Source: Marsupella aquatica
Taxonomy: Eukaryota > Plantae > Marchantiophyta
NCBI GenBank assembly: GCA_973895155.1
Contig: OZ316899.1
Location: 4,529,241-4,593,240, forward strand
DNA length: 64,000 nucleotides
Direction: 5' to 3'
The notes under the pieces: generated by a model
What the model was told of the DNA's origin: nothing
The model's database searches: none
The model's input: the letters and a program-made list of their open reading frames with translations, nothing else
Part shown: positions 30,234 to 43,339 of the stretch, piece by piece
Layout: each line of letters begins with the position of its first letter
How positions within the stretch are numbered: the stretch's first letter is position 1
Made by a program: the position numbers and the translations under genes

Positions 30234-33227
30234 ATGACTGACCTTACGCCGAGGGAAGAAAGAGTGATTCAACGGGAGAGAGCTCGACTGCAGCAGCTCG
30301 CCGGGTGGCATGATACACAGCGACTGAGAGGGGCAGAAAGAGCTGGTAGCTCCGAAACTGGAAGTGGTGTCGAAGAAGACATACCAGAAGAAGAGTCGGT
30401 AAGGAGCAGTGAGTCTCCAACCGACATGGGGGAACCAGAGGCACGGCCAGACGAGAGGCCAGGGACCAGATTGAGCCAGCGGTCGCGCATACATTACAAG
30501 GCATTTCATGGGAGAGGAGATGAGGATCCGGACGAATGGTTGGATGATTTCGAGGGAACCGCTGCAGCAAATGGAGAATCGGCCATCAAGATGCAGATTC
30601 TTCCCGGCCTGTTCAAGGGTGAGGCTAGGCCTTGGTACAGAGCATTAGATGTGGAAGATCAAGCCATCTGGGATATCTTCAAAACACTCTTTGTTAAGGA
30701 GTTTCGACCCATTGGAACTTCAGAACTAGCAGTGCTGAAGTTGGGACAACTTCGGTTCAAGGAGAACAAATCCTTCAGGAAGTTCTTGCAACGCTTTCAG
30801 AAACTGGTAAGACGTACAAAGACCAATGCATCTGAAGGTATGCAACTTCAATGGTTGGTGAATGCTTTGCCACAGAAGATGAGTTTTGCAATTAGGAAGG
30901 AGAACCCGGAGACTTTAGCCGAAGCAATTAAGGATATTCAATTATACATTAATGCAGATATCACAAGCCGGAAGAAACAGCTTAAGTCTGAGAGTTCCTC
31001 ATCAGAGGAGGGATCACCCCATAAGAAAAAAGATAAGAAGAAGAAACATTCTAAGAAGTCTAGAAGTGATAAGTCAAGCTCGGATAGTGGGAGTAGCAAG
31101 AGTGAGTCATCTTCTAGTTCTGAAGAAGAAAAAACTAGGAAAAGGAAGGGCAGAAGGAGAGGGAAGACGAAAGTCAAGATGGAGGCTAAGCCACCAGATA
31201 ACATCGTAGCCCTTACCGAGCAACTTAAGGCTATCATTGCAGAGGTAAAACCAAAGAAGAAGGTAGTACAGGAGGATAGCTCTGTATGGTGTGCCTTATG
31301 TTATAAAACCGGACACCATAAAGATGCGTGTCCTAAGCTTAATACTAATCATGTTCGGCATGTGGCCGAGATCAGACCATGTCAGGGAGAGGTAGAGTAC
31401 TTTTTAGGAGATGCCGCTGATAGTGTTTTCGGCATCAGTGAGACTGGAGCACGAGACCTATCCAACAGACCTGCATCTCTATGGTCAGGGTTAAGGAACA
31501 ATCCAGGAGAGATGTATCCTCGGATTATTCAGAACCCGTCAGTACCTCCTAGGCCGAATGTGCAAAGATTTGCGGCGTGCTATAATTGTGGTCAACCTGG
31601 CCATTTTGCTAGAGAATGCCCGAATGCACGCAAACAGGGTGATGGACAACCAGCTCAGCTATGTATGGGATGCCGACAGGAAGGTCATATGCTAGGGCAA
31701 TGTCCTACTTGGTTGGCAGGCCTGGCCGCAAATCATAAGCTTTTGCCGATCAAGATCTTACCGCCAGGTACTACCCCCGGAGGAGTTCAAATCAACCACA
31801 TCGAACTAGGATGGCAAGAGGATGCCGAGGCAGAGTTCGTACCATCTGATGATGAGGCCGAAGCCCTATCAACCTTCTCAGAGGAGGATTTAGATCATGA
31901 TTGCTACCGGGTCTCTACTCGATCTACCAGAAGGAAGGAAAGGTGGGATGGGCTGGCCAAAAATAAAGGGAAGGTTACAGAGGAAAGGATCGACTCTTCG
32001 TCAACATCAACAGAAGGAGAAGGGAGGGCTCCGGCAATACAGGTAAGCCATGAGCCCACCAGTGAAACCAATCCTTCACAAGATAGCGACTTCAATCGAG
32101 ATCATCCTAAGTTGTTCTACCCCTCTGTTACGGCTAGTGTTAAGGAACAACTAAGAGAATTAGAAACCCTGGAGAATACCGAAGCCATTGCCAAGGATGT
32201 AAAATGAGCAAAAGCATTGTTTGCTTCGGAAGACCCAACAGCTGTGGAGACTAGCGTGGCAAAACTGGCCGAATCCAAGACGGAAACACCACCAGAGGAG
32301 AAGCCGATTGTTCCCTATGACCTGGCTAAAGATGTACTAGAATCTAGAGTCTCGGCAACAGTAGGTCAACTATTGAAAAATAGCCCGTACTTCCGGAAGC
32401 AATTAAGGAAGGCTATTCTTGGCAAGCCGAGGTTACGCAAGGTAGCAACCAGATCCGACGTACTAATGATAGAAGAAGATCAAGGAGCCCCAACATTACC
32501 CTTAATGATTCAAGGAGAATTATTACTACGGGTACCCATCGATGGAGGATCAGGGGTATGTATTATGATTGATTCAACAGCAAAAGGGTGGGGTCTAACA
32601 CCGGAGATGACTGGAAGAGTGTTGAACATGGCCAATGGATATCAGGTCATTCCCACGGGAGTGTTAACCGGCATCAAGACAGAGATAGGAGGTATCTCCT
32701 TTAGCATTAACTATGTAGTAATGAAGCCGGTAAATCCTACGTCATTCCGGCTATTGATTGGTAGGCCATGGCTGTACCTAGCCGAGGTAATAGAAGATTG
32801 GGGTAAAAAGCAGTTCACTTTCGGGACCCCCTCTATCACGGTATCCTGGGACACTAAGGATGACCGTAGGAAAAGCATAAGGGAAGTAGATGGGTACGAC
32901 AGTGGACTGGAGTCAGCCGATGAAGTACGTTGGTTAGAATGCCTCACTAACCTAACCGAAGAAGGTGTCTTTGGACCAGAGGTACCCCCCAGCGGATTAT
33001 GGCAAGAACCAATGGAAGGTGACTTGGAAGAAGAAGACGAAGAGGTCGAGGACTGCTTTACAATAGAATCCACCTTTTTAGCTGCAATTCCGGAGGAAGT
33101 AAAGGATGTAGACCAATTGGATGAAACAGCTAAGTGGGGAGCAGTAGCAGGGACAATGGATTTTCTACAGGCGTTGTGGCAGAGTCGGCAGGGTTCACAA
33201 CGCCATCGATCATCGGCAAGGAATTAA
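30234..33227 (+). pseudogene. Gypsy B Gag-protease ORF, one in-frame TGA at 32205-32207
   Basis: FHGRGDEDPDEWLDDFE...GEARPWY; three CCHC knuckles; IDGGSGVCIM...LLIGRPWL. ORFs 30234-32207 and 32217-33227 share a frame. Confidence 0.92.
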
Positions 33228-36200
33228 ATACCAAGGGATCGGCATACAAGCCGATTACGAGGGCAGAACAAATTGAGGCCCTATTAGAAGCTGAGAGAGC
33301 ACAGCGGCCTAACTCTCGGGAGCAAGAGGTGGATGAGATGGACAGACATGATCCAGAGCCAAGGCAGGAAGGGGAGCCGACCACCAATTCAAAACCGAAT
33401 AGACCGGCAAGGGGACAATCTATGGACACCAAGGAAGGGACCGACTCGGCTAGTCCAGCCGAGATTCCAGTTTATGGAGGCATGAGATTAGAGAGACTAG
33501 AAGCCGAACTGGACCCGAATTTGAAGAAGCAGATTAATATGATCCAAGCACGGCAATATCGGAAGCTCGACTTAGGAGAGGGAAGAGAACTGAACTTAGG
33601 GAGAAACCTAGCACCTGAGCTCGAGAAAGAGATCAATGACTTATTGATTGAATTTCAGGATGTGTTTGCATGGAGTCACCAAGATCTAAAGGGAGTAGAT
33701 CCAACACTAGGGGAACATCGAATTGATCTCATGTTAGGAGCCAAATCATTTTGACAACCAATTCGAAGGATGAACCCGAAGTATTCCCTGCTGGTCAAAA
33801 CAGAAATCGACAAACTAGTGGAAGCTGGATTCATCACTCCAGTCCTGCATTCAGACTGGGTGTCTCCAATTGTGATAGTTCCCAAGAAAGCTGGACCCGA
33901 TGGTAAACCCAAGATCCGGGTTTGTCAGGATTACAGGAAGCTGAATGAAGCAACATTAAAAGACCATTTTCCTTTACCGTTTACTGATATGGTACTAGAC
34001 ATGGTAGCCAGTCATGAACTATATTCATTCATGGATGGATACTCTGGTTATAACCAAATCAGGATTCGGCAGGAAGACCAAATCAAGACGGCCTTCATCA
34101 CGGAATGGGGAATCTATGTCTTCAATCGTATGCCGTTTGGACTCTGCAACGCGCCAGCTATGTTTCAACGATTAATGGTGAACATTTTTCATGATTACTT
34201 GAGAAAGTTCATGGAAATCTTCATTGACGACTTTGCAGTATTCGGGAAGGCATCGAAACATGCTAAATACCTCAGGAAAACCTTCATGAGATGTAGAGAG
34301 GTGGGTCTCAAGTTACACCCAGATAAATGTTTCTTTGCAATAACCGAGGGGGTGCTACTAGGTCACAAGGTATCAAGGAAGGGCATTGAGATTGACAAAG
34401 GTAAGCTAGCAGTATGGCTAGATATCATGCAACCTAAGAACATAAAGGATGTAAGATCCTTCTTGGGATGCATTGGTTACTATCGCCGGTTCATCAAGGA
34501 TTTTGCCAAGCTAGCTTTACCATTAACCAACATGCTCAAGGCAGGAGCAGACTTCGAACCCACACCCGAACGAGTCACAGCGGTGGTAGAATTGAAGCAG
34601 ATGTTAGTAGAGGCCCCAGTCATGATAGCACCGGACTGGAACAAAGATTTTCATGTTTTTGTAGATGTCTCGGGCTTCTGTATTGGCTCAGTACTAAGTC
34701 AGTTGGATGAAAAAGGAAGGGACCATCCCATATACTTCGCAAGCCGTCAGCTTGCCGATGCCGAACGGAACTACTCTACCACAGAAAAGAAGCATTAGGA
34801 GTCATTTATTCTTGTAAAAAGTTTAGGCATTATTTACTAGGGTACAAGGTAATCTTTCATACCGATCATGAAAGTTTGAAGTACCTAGTCAATAAGCCGG
34901 ACCTTACAGGCAGAGTAGCAAGATGGATTTTGCTATTACAGGAGTTTGACTATGAGTTGAGAATCAAGCCGGGAAAGTTACATGCCAATGCCGACTTCTT
35001 TTCAAGGATCACAGGTAAACCTGCCACGGATTGCATCGATGATCGATTCCCCGACGAGGAGCTATTCGTTGTGGAAATAGCTGGTACATGGTACCCTGAG
35101 ATTTTACAATTTCTCAGCACTTCCAGATTACAGCCAGGATTAAGCCGAGAGCAAGCCGCAGTCTTTGTGCGGAAGGTCAGACAGTATCAGTGCATTAAAG
35201 GCATACTGCACAAGCATGGAATCAACGGCACGATTCAAAGATGTTTGGAAAAGAGAGAGGTAAAACGAGTCCTACGGGCCATGCATGGAGAGGAGGCCGG
35301 AGGACATTTTTCCCCAGTAACCACGTCTAAGAAGATATTAAATGCCGGTTACTGGTGGCCCACCTTGCACAAAGATGTCTATCAGTTTATCAAACAATGC
35401 GATCCTTGTCAACGAGCGGGAGGACCAAGGGCGTCCACTAGGCATCCACTGCACCCTATTCTACCTCTGGCACCATTCGAGAAGTGGGGTATTGATTACA
35501 TTGGACCTCTGAAACCACTGACCCACCCTCGACGGAACAAGTACATAATCCTGGCTACGGATTATGCAACTAAATGGGTAGAGGCCAGACCAACAACGAA
35601 GGATGATGCAATTACTACGGCTAGATTCATGTATGAGCAGATCTTCACCAGGTATGGAGCACCCCTAGAATTAGTTAGTGATAGAGGAACCCATTTTTTG
35701 AATGATATAATTAGTCGTTTAAATGAGCAGTATTTAGTTAAACATAGGCCTACTACTCCCTACCATCCAAAGGCAAACGGGTTGACAGAACGAGCAAACG
35801 GAATTATAGGAAAGATATTGAACAAAACAGTAGCTCAGAACAAACTTGATTGGGACGATAAATTGTTTGCTGCTGTTTTTGCTTACAATCTTGCCTATAA
35901 ATCCACTACCGGTCATACACCCTTCTTCTTAACCTTTGGACAAGAAGCCCTGGTACCCATGCAACTTGAGATACCGACATTTCAAGTTACAATTGAGGAA
36001 AGAGCCTCAGCGGAGGAGAGCCTAAAGGAGCGAGAATATAGGTTAGAAGCTTTAGAGGAAGCGAGAATGATTTCAGCCGAGAGAGTAGAATATAGACAGA
36101 ATATCATGAAGCAGCAGTATGATAAAAAGTTGAAAGTAGTTAGTATTCATACCGGTGATCTTGTGCTACTTTATGACAGTAGGTATAGTAGGTTTCCAGG

Positions 36201-36399
36201 AAAGCTTCACACTCGCTGGTTAGGACCCTTTAGAGTAACCATGATGTTCCCCAATGGCTCCGTACAATTGGCCAACATTACGGGAGAGGTATATCCAGTT
36301 CGCATCCATTATGACCGCCTCAAGAAATACTATATGGACGAAGATGAAGTTGTTCGCGAGGACACTTCACAATTAAGTGGGGAGCTATGTGATGCCTAG
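33134..36399 (+). pseudogene. Gypsy B RT-RNase H-integrase (-1 frame to gag-PR; TGA at 33752, frameshift at ~34790); terminates inside the 3' LTR
   Basis: WVSPIVIVPKK...KDHFPLPF...MDGYSGYNQI...RMPFGLCNAP...FIDDF; FVDVSG; GHF...CDPC; WGIDYIGP...SDRGTHF...NGLTERAN. No chromodomain. Confidence 0.93.
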
Positions 36400-39300
36400 A
36401 CAGGAATCACTCGGCCGGTTAAGTGGGTAAAGCAGGAAGGCACCCTAGAAACACCTTAGTATAGGGACAAAACAAGGAAAATATAAACAATTAGGGGCAA
36501 CCATGGAACCCGGGCCGAGGCCGGAGGTAAGGCTGAGGGTGAAAACCCGATTAGGGTTAGGGCGCGTTAAGCGTCGGCGGCTAGGAAGGATCAACGGGAA
36601 GAAGGACCGGCAGAGGAGAGGGGTAAGGAGCGCTTGCAGGAGATGGTGGCTCATTTGCGAGCACGAACTAGGCAGACGACTACGGGAGGCCAACTACTGT
36701 CAGCTGCTTAGGCAAGCACTCGGGGAGAGAGTAGATACCGACGATCGACCTAAGGAGGGTATGAGCAACGTCAATCAAGCGGCACATTTCTGGGGATGCC
36801 TGTTCGAACGGGCAACTGAGTACATCAAGACTTACGAGGACGAGGAATCAGAAAGGGCAGCTCGAGAACGGCAGGAGCTCGCTCGATTGTGGGAGCTGCA
36901 GAAGACGGCTTTCTTAGGAGGCGAACTCATCAAGGACGAGTTCCTGTGGACGCCTACTTCCAATCAACTCGACGATCTTCTGTTTTGCAAAGACAGCATC
37001 GTCGGCATCCGAGAGGCCATCAAGAACTGCAACGACATACACTGGGAATTAAAGGGAAGCACGGAAAGGTGGACCCAGGCAACGGTGCTAGGAGAAACCT
37101 CCACGGCAGCAGAGATGAAGAGGAAGGGAGCCGTCAACGATGAAGCCACCCCGGCAAAAAGAACGAGGTCGGCGGCACCAAAGAAGCCAGCCGAGCAGCA
37201 GAGCAGGAGGCAGGGAGAAGCCGAAGAGGAGGAGGTCGATCCCATCAAGGCCATTCCAACCAGGGATGACACCTGGAAGGGCTGGGCGGCAACCCTACCG
37301 GTGGAGGTGCAACTACATTTTGCATGGGAGGAGGATGCATGCTTTACGGCCATGCAGACCAAGAAGTACCAAGGCTTCATGGCCGGATCCGGCTTAGAGG
37401 CCTTTGTAAGATTACCATGGCTGAAGCCGGAGGTACCGGAGTCAGACCTATTAGAATTCGTGGGGTCATGGGAACCCGAGACCAATTGCACGAGGATATA
37501 TGGGAAGGATTTCTATCTTACTCCCAAGGTAATTGCTGAAGTGTTTGGCTTGCCGATAGGCAATAAGACCAAAGTTGATACCAGGAAGACCTTGCCTGAC
37601 AAGGAGTTCCGGTCGTTCCCCGGGCCATCAACGAAGAATGGCTTCTTCCGGAACACCTGCACCAACCCGCACATACGAGAGATGATCGACTTCTTGCGGG
37701 TGACCATGCATTGTAACTTGCCGAGGGCAGAGATCGGCAAGGCACAGGTCTATCTGGCAGAAAGGCCAGACCCAAGCCGGGACTACAACGGGTACCTCCT
37801 CAACCAATTGAAGAAGATCTTAAAGGAGGAGCAGCAGGTAATCGGCATGGGGAGCGTGTCGCGGCTTGGCTATCACATGCCGCTGTTGTGCCGGTATGCC
37901 AGAGGTCAGACTTTTGCCCCGGTACTTCCCCTGCAGGTAAGGGCACCCAAGGAAGCTCCAACGCCGAGGCCGTTGGCTGAGAAGCCTCAACCACCTGTTA
38001 GCCCTACGATCGAGCAGGTGTTTAGGCCCAGGAAGGAGGACTTGCCGATGCAGCAACCAGGCATGCAGAGTCTGCTGAAACTACTGGAGAAAGAAAAGAA
38101 ATTGGCATCGGCAACAACAATGGCAACGGCAACAATGCAGGACACTACTACAGAGGTAGGCCTACACCGGCTCACAAGAGAAAACCCCTTTGCTGGAGAC
38201 AAGGAGAGAATCAGGCCGGAATCCAAGCCAGGTGTTCGAATGTACGTGGGAACCTCAAGCTCCGAATCTGAGGCAGAATTGCCTGAAGCTCCTACCGACG
38301 AAGAGGAGAGGGAGAAGCCGGACGTCCAAGAGGTAGAGGAGGCAGTGGAGGACTGCAGCCATGATAATTCCGGCTATGGGTCGGACCATCACGTTCCAAG
38401 AGTAAGGACCTGTGGCCGGTTTGTCCCCACACTTCCAAGGGTAGTGCGAGGGGACCCCAACCAGCAGAGTAGCCCTGAGTCTCCCCCACCAGATGTTGCT
38501 CCCCCGAGCTTCGAAGGCATAAAACAGACGGTGCAGGAATTTCAGGAGCGAATCAAGCAGGAGGAGGAGGCAGCCCTGGCTAAGGAAAAGGATTTACCAG
38601 GAGGAGATTGGCCGGAGGACATCAGGCGGCTAGCCAAAAAAGGAAGCAAACCTCTAGCCACGATTGAAGAGATCCGCAGGACGGCTTGGGAGCAGAGGCC
38701 GCGATGGGCGATGCCGATCACTTCTACTTACTCCACCTACGCTAAGAATAGAGCCATGGAGTATGGTGAGATGTGTGGGGAACTTGCGCTCGGCATCTTT
38801 GGAGAAGAGTTGGAGGTAGGACCCTTTTTCCATAGGGAGCAGTTGGAGAAGCACCAATTAGAAGAAGCGGTGGCTTTAGAGAGAAGCAAGAAGGACGAGG
38901 TCATTCGGCGGCTTAGGAGGATGGAAGCCGAGATTGAAGATCTAAGGGCGGCCAAGAAAGCCCAAGATGAACTGCGGATTAAACGACATGAGCTGAACAT
39001 CATGCAGGGGCAGTTGGACACCGCGCAGGCTGATAATCAGAATATCAAGGATAAACTGACTCAAACGCAGGGAGAGTTGGCCGACACGATCAAAGAGAGG
39101 GAGAAGTGGAAGCAAGAGCTGAAGAATACAGAGGAGGCCCACATAACAGCCAACCGCCAGGCCATGGCGGAGACCCAAAGAAAGGAATGGGCGTTGAAAG
39201 GGGAGCTCGAGAAAATCCGCGGAGCCCTTGAGCAGAAGGAGGCCGAGTTAGGGAAATCCTATCAAGGGATTATGGCGCTGCAGCAGGAGCTTGCGTCCCT

Positions 39301-41055
39301 GACGGCCAGCTTCAAGGCCGACCTAAGGGAGAGGGACGAGATGCTCGAACAGACTTACGCCAAGATGAACCAGATGGAGTCTGTCATCATTGCAGAGCTC
39401 GACAAGGAGCTAAAAGCAACCCAGGAGGAGAGGACTACCTTGAAACAAGAACGGGAGGAAGCCCAGAAGGAACTAGAGGAGGCACGCAAGGACCTGGATG
39501 AGACCCAGGAGGAGTTGGAGGAAATCACGAGGAAGATGGAGAACCTCCAGCGGCGGGCCGACAACCAAACGGAGCGGCTGAAGAAACAAGCCGCAGTATT
39601 TAAGTGCTTGTCTTCATCAGGCCCAACTCCAATTGGGGCAACCAAGTTACCAGGAGTGGTACTGGCCGAAGAAAAAGCCGCGCCAACTGCACCAGTGCCG
39701 GAGGTAAGTGGGAAGGGGAAGGGACCAGCTGCCGAACCAGAAAAGAAGAAAAAGCGGAAACCTTCAGGGTCAAGGAGTAATCCGACTCCACAAGCCGTGG
39801 TGACCAAAGAGGTAGAACCAGCACCATCCTCCGACATGAATACGGCAATAGATCCCGTATGATCACAGGTGGGGGTGGTGCGGCCCAAGCCGAACTACTC
39901 AGTAAGGAGGCCGGTATTCCAGATCCGCCTCTTGAGCAGGCCGGGGAGACCGTAGCCGAGGCTGAGGCCATAACCGATTCTCGAGCCGATGTCGACGCCG
40001 ATGGTGGACCCAATCAGGCCGATGGAGAGTTGACTCAGTCAAGGGCAGGTAATCTGTCAGGGAATGAGCCTACGGCAGTGGCTGAGGAGGAAGCGTTGGG
40101 GGCGTCCATTAAGGATCCACCACCGGTGTCGTGACGGTGCAAGGGCGCCGTTCCTTTTAGGGAGGGCGGACGTGGAGGGAGGAGGCGTGAGTGGGCATGG
40201 CGGGCGCGGATCTCCACATTTAGGATTAGGATCAGAACCAGGAGCGGCCCTGACACTTAGCTTAGTGGGATTGCGGTCCCACTGGTAGGAGCAACACTTG
40301 TGCTCCTGCCTTGCTGTACATAGGTAGATTCGGGCAAGTAGATTACTGTTAAGTAGATTAGGCTTACGATGCAAAGAATGGCGGATCCACTACCAGGATA
40401 AGTACCTGGGCAGCGGGGAGCTCAGGGCCTCTTCTTTAGCAAGTTTTTAGTTTGCACCAGCCGGGCTGGGATCAAGTAGTACGAGAAGCTCTCGGTTAGT
40501 CATACAGTGACCCTTGTGTATATTCATGTTTCCTCATGCCTAAGAGCTGAATAGAGTTGGCCTCACGGCTTAGTTCGCAGAACTTGTGTATGAGATGTAC
40601 TGTTTGTATGGCAAGTGCATGGTATGACTCAGTCAGAATGAGTCATTTTGCTATTTGTGTGTCGCATTAACTTGTGTGAAGAGTGCCCACATCAACCAAA
40701 GGAAGGAAAGTAAGCAGGGGAGTGAGAGTTGGATGTGTCGAGCTGAGAGAGGTCTTAGCGGCTTAACCAAGCCTATTGGGGATCATTCCGGCGGCGGAAT
40801 CCAAACATACCTAACAAGACGGAGGGGAAGACAGGGGAAGACAGGGGAAGGCCTAGATTAGGCCGGCTACGTATCTCATGACCCGATGAAGGATCTGTCC
40901 AGTATATGTGTGTAAAATGTTAATAGTAGTAGTAGAAGGTTAGCAGCGTCCCATGCCGCTAAGCCGCGGAAACGGCCTCGCCAAGCGCAAAACCCGCGGG
41001 AATCGGCTTGAGCTGGGGGGTTTATTGGGTTTAGGGAGCCATGGGACGCACCACA
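36388..41055 (+). repeat. Gypsy B 3' LTR (4668 bp)
   Basis: Direct repeat of 25498-30164, preceded by PPT-like AAGTGGGGAGCTA. Confidence 0.97.
36503..40134 (+). CDS. LTR-internal ORF of gypsy B (3' copy): 1119 aa open, 1-bp deletion at ~39857 detaches the last ~90 aa
   Basis: ORF track 36503-39862 plus 39859-40134. The 5' copy is open across this junction (gatcccgctatg vs gatcccgtatg). Confidence 0.88.
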
Positions 41056-41060
41056 GTAAC

Positions 41061-43339
41061 GCCCCGGCCATGTTTCAGCGCCTGATGATGAATATCTTCC
41101 ACGATTTCCTACGGGAATTTCTGGAGATATTTATCCATGACTTTGCCATCTTCGGAACCGTTGCCATGCACCCCGAACACCTAAGACGAACGTTGCAACG
41201 ATGCCGAGATGTTAACCTCAAACTACATCCCGCCAAATGCTTCTTTGGGGTAGAGGAGGGGGTGTTACTCGGGCATCGTGTGTCCAAACGGGGCATTGAG
41301 GTGGACCAAGAGAAAGTTGCGGCCTAGATGGCAGTGGTGTTCCCCGTGGATCAAAAAGCAGTACGATCCTTCTTGGGCTGCGTAGGGTATTACCGTCGGT
41401 TCATTAAAGATTTTGCTAAAATAGCTTTGCCCCTAACAGAGATGATGAAAAAGGATGCGGTGATCGAGGAGACCCCAAGGAGACGGGTTGCTTTCGAAGA
41501 ACTCCGTAAAAGACTCACCACCACACCTATCATGGTCACTCCAGACTGGAACAAGGAGTTCCACGTGTATGTCGACGTGTCAGGGTTCTGTATCGGGTTT
41601 GTGCTTAGTCAGCTTGATACAGACGGACGCAATCACCCCATCTACTTCACTAGCCGTCAATTATTCACAGCCGAAAAAATAATTCCCCCACGGATCGAGA
41701 GGCACTGGGCATAATCTACTCATGTAAGAAGTTCTGGCACTATCTGCTCGGCTACAAGGTCATCTTCCACACGGATCACGACAGCCTGAAGTACATGGTC
41801 AACAAAGCAGACGTAACGGGACGGATAGCCCATTGGGTGCTACTTCTCCAGGAATTTAACTACGAAGTTCGGGTTCGGCCAGGAAAGGCACACCTCAATG
41901 CCGACTTCTTTTCACGACTGGACGGTGTACCAGTCGATCAGCCAATTGATGATATTTTTCCAGATGAGGAGTTGTTCCACGTAGGGGAGGGGATACCAAC
42001 GTGGTACGGTTCGATAATCACCTTCCTTTTAACAGGCCGCATCCCTGACGGCATCAATCAGGAGGCCGCCGCTGTGTTTTTACGGAAATCCGGGCCTTAC
42101 GTCATGATACAGGGTCACCTACATAAGGAAGGTATTAATGGAAAGTACGACGCTGCTTAGAGTATAAGGAGACGCTTATCGTGATGCGGGCCCTGCATGA
42201 AGAAGAAGCTGGAGGCCATTTCGCGGCGGTCACGACAGCCTGAAAGATTCTGGACTCGGGGTATTGGTGGCCTACGTTGCATCGGGATGTACAGCGCTCC
42301 ATTAAGGGCTGTAACTTGTGTCAGCGAGCTGGGGCCCCGAGGCGGGCTCATCATCACCCGCTCACATCTGTGCTTCCATTGGCACCATTCGAAAAATGGG
42401 GAATTGATTATATCGGGCCGTTTACTTCCGTTACCCGAAGGCGAAGATGAGTACATCCTATTAGCTATTGATTACTCCACCAAATGGGTCGAAGCGCGGG
42501 CTACGGTAAAGGACGATGCCGCAACCAGTGCCAGATTCTTATACGAACAGATTTTCACCCGATTCGGCTCGCCCTTAGAATTGGTAAGCGACCGTGGAAC
42601 CCACTTCCTCAATGACACCATAGCCCAGCTTACGGAGCGTTACCTAGTCAAGCACCGCAAGACTACCCCGTATCATCCTAAAGCCAACGGGATGGCGGAG
42701 AGAGCAAATGGTATCATTGGGAAGATCCTCAACAAAACTGTAGCTGCGCACAAAACGGATTGGGATGATAAGTTGTACGCAGCGGTGTACTCGTATAATC
42801 TCGCTTACAAAACTACTACGAGTCACAGCCCGTACTTTCTCGTGTTTGGCCAACATTCGTTGGTGCCCGTCGAGTTTGAAGTACACACTCCACGAGTCAG
42901 CATTCGGGATCGCTTACCTGCATCTGAAAGTTCGTCAGACCGAGCTTATCAGATTGAAGCCTTGGAAGAAGCACGGCTACTAGCAGCTCGACACGCCGTG
43001 AAGAAACAGGCAACTTCGAAGAAGCAGCACGACAAAGGACTACGAAGGGTTGACGTCCTGGCAGGCGATCTAGTCCTTCTGTACGATAGTAGGTACATGC
43101 AGTTTCCAGGGAAGCTTCATACCCGGTGGTTAGGGCCCTTCCTTGTCAATCAGATCTACCGTAACGGATCTTTGGAGCTTGCGACGTATGCCGGCGATTT
43201 ACTCCCCACACGAATCAGCTACGATCGTGTAAAAAAGTACCACCATCAAGATGACGACGCCGAGAGTGATGTTCGCGAGGACGCTTCACAATTAAGCAGG
43301 GAGCTATGTGACGCCGCCGGTATGGCGGTTAATGAGTGA
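41061..43339 (+). pseudogene. Gypsy A RT C-part, RNase H and integrase (a stop and frameshifts); terminates inside the 3' LTR
   Basis: APAMFQRLMMNIFHD...FIHDF; YVDVSGFCIG...HPIYF; EARATVKDDA...VSDRGTHF...ANGMAERAN; KLHTRWLGPF. Confidence 0.92.

Larger units (their letters stand above)
25498..41055 (+). mobile_element. Ty3/gypsy element B (relative of A), 4.67-kb LTRs, inserted in the RT of A; defective
   Basis: LTRs 25498-30164 and 36388-41055 (TGTGATGC...GCACCACA). TSD GTAAC at 25493-25497 and 41056-41060. The RT of A reads GLCN|APAMFQR across the empty site. Confidence 0.97.
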
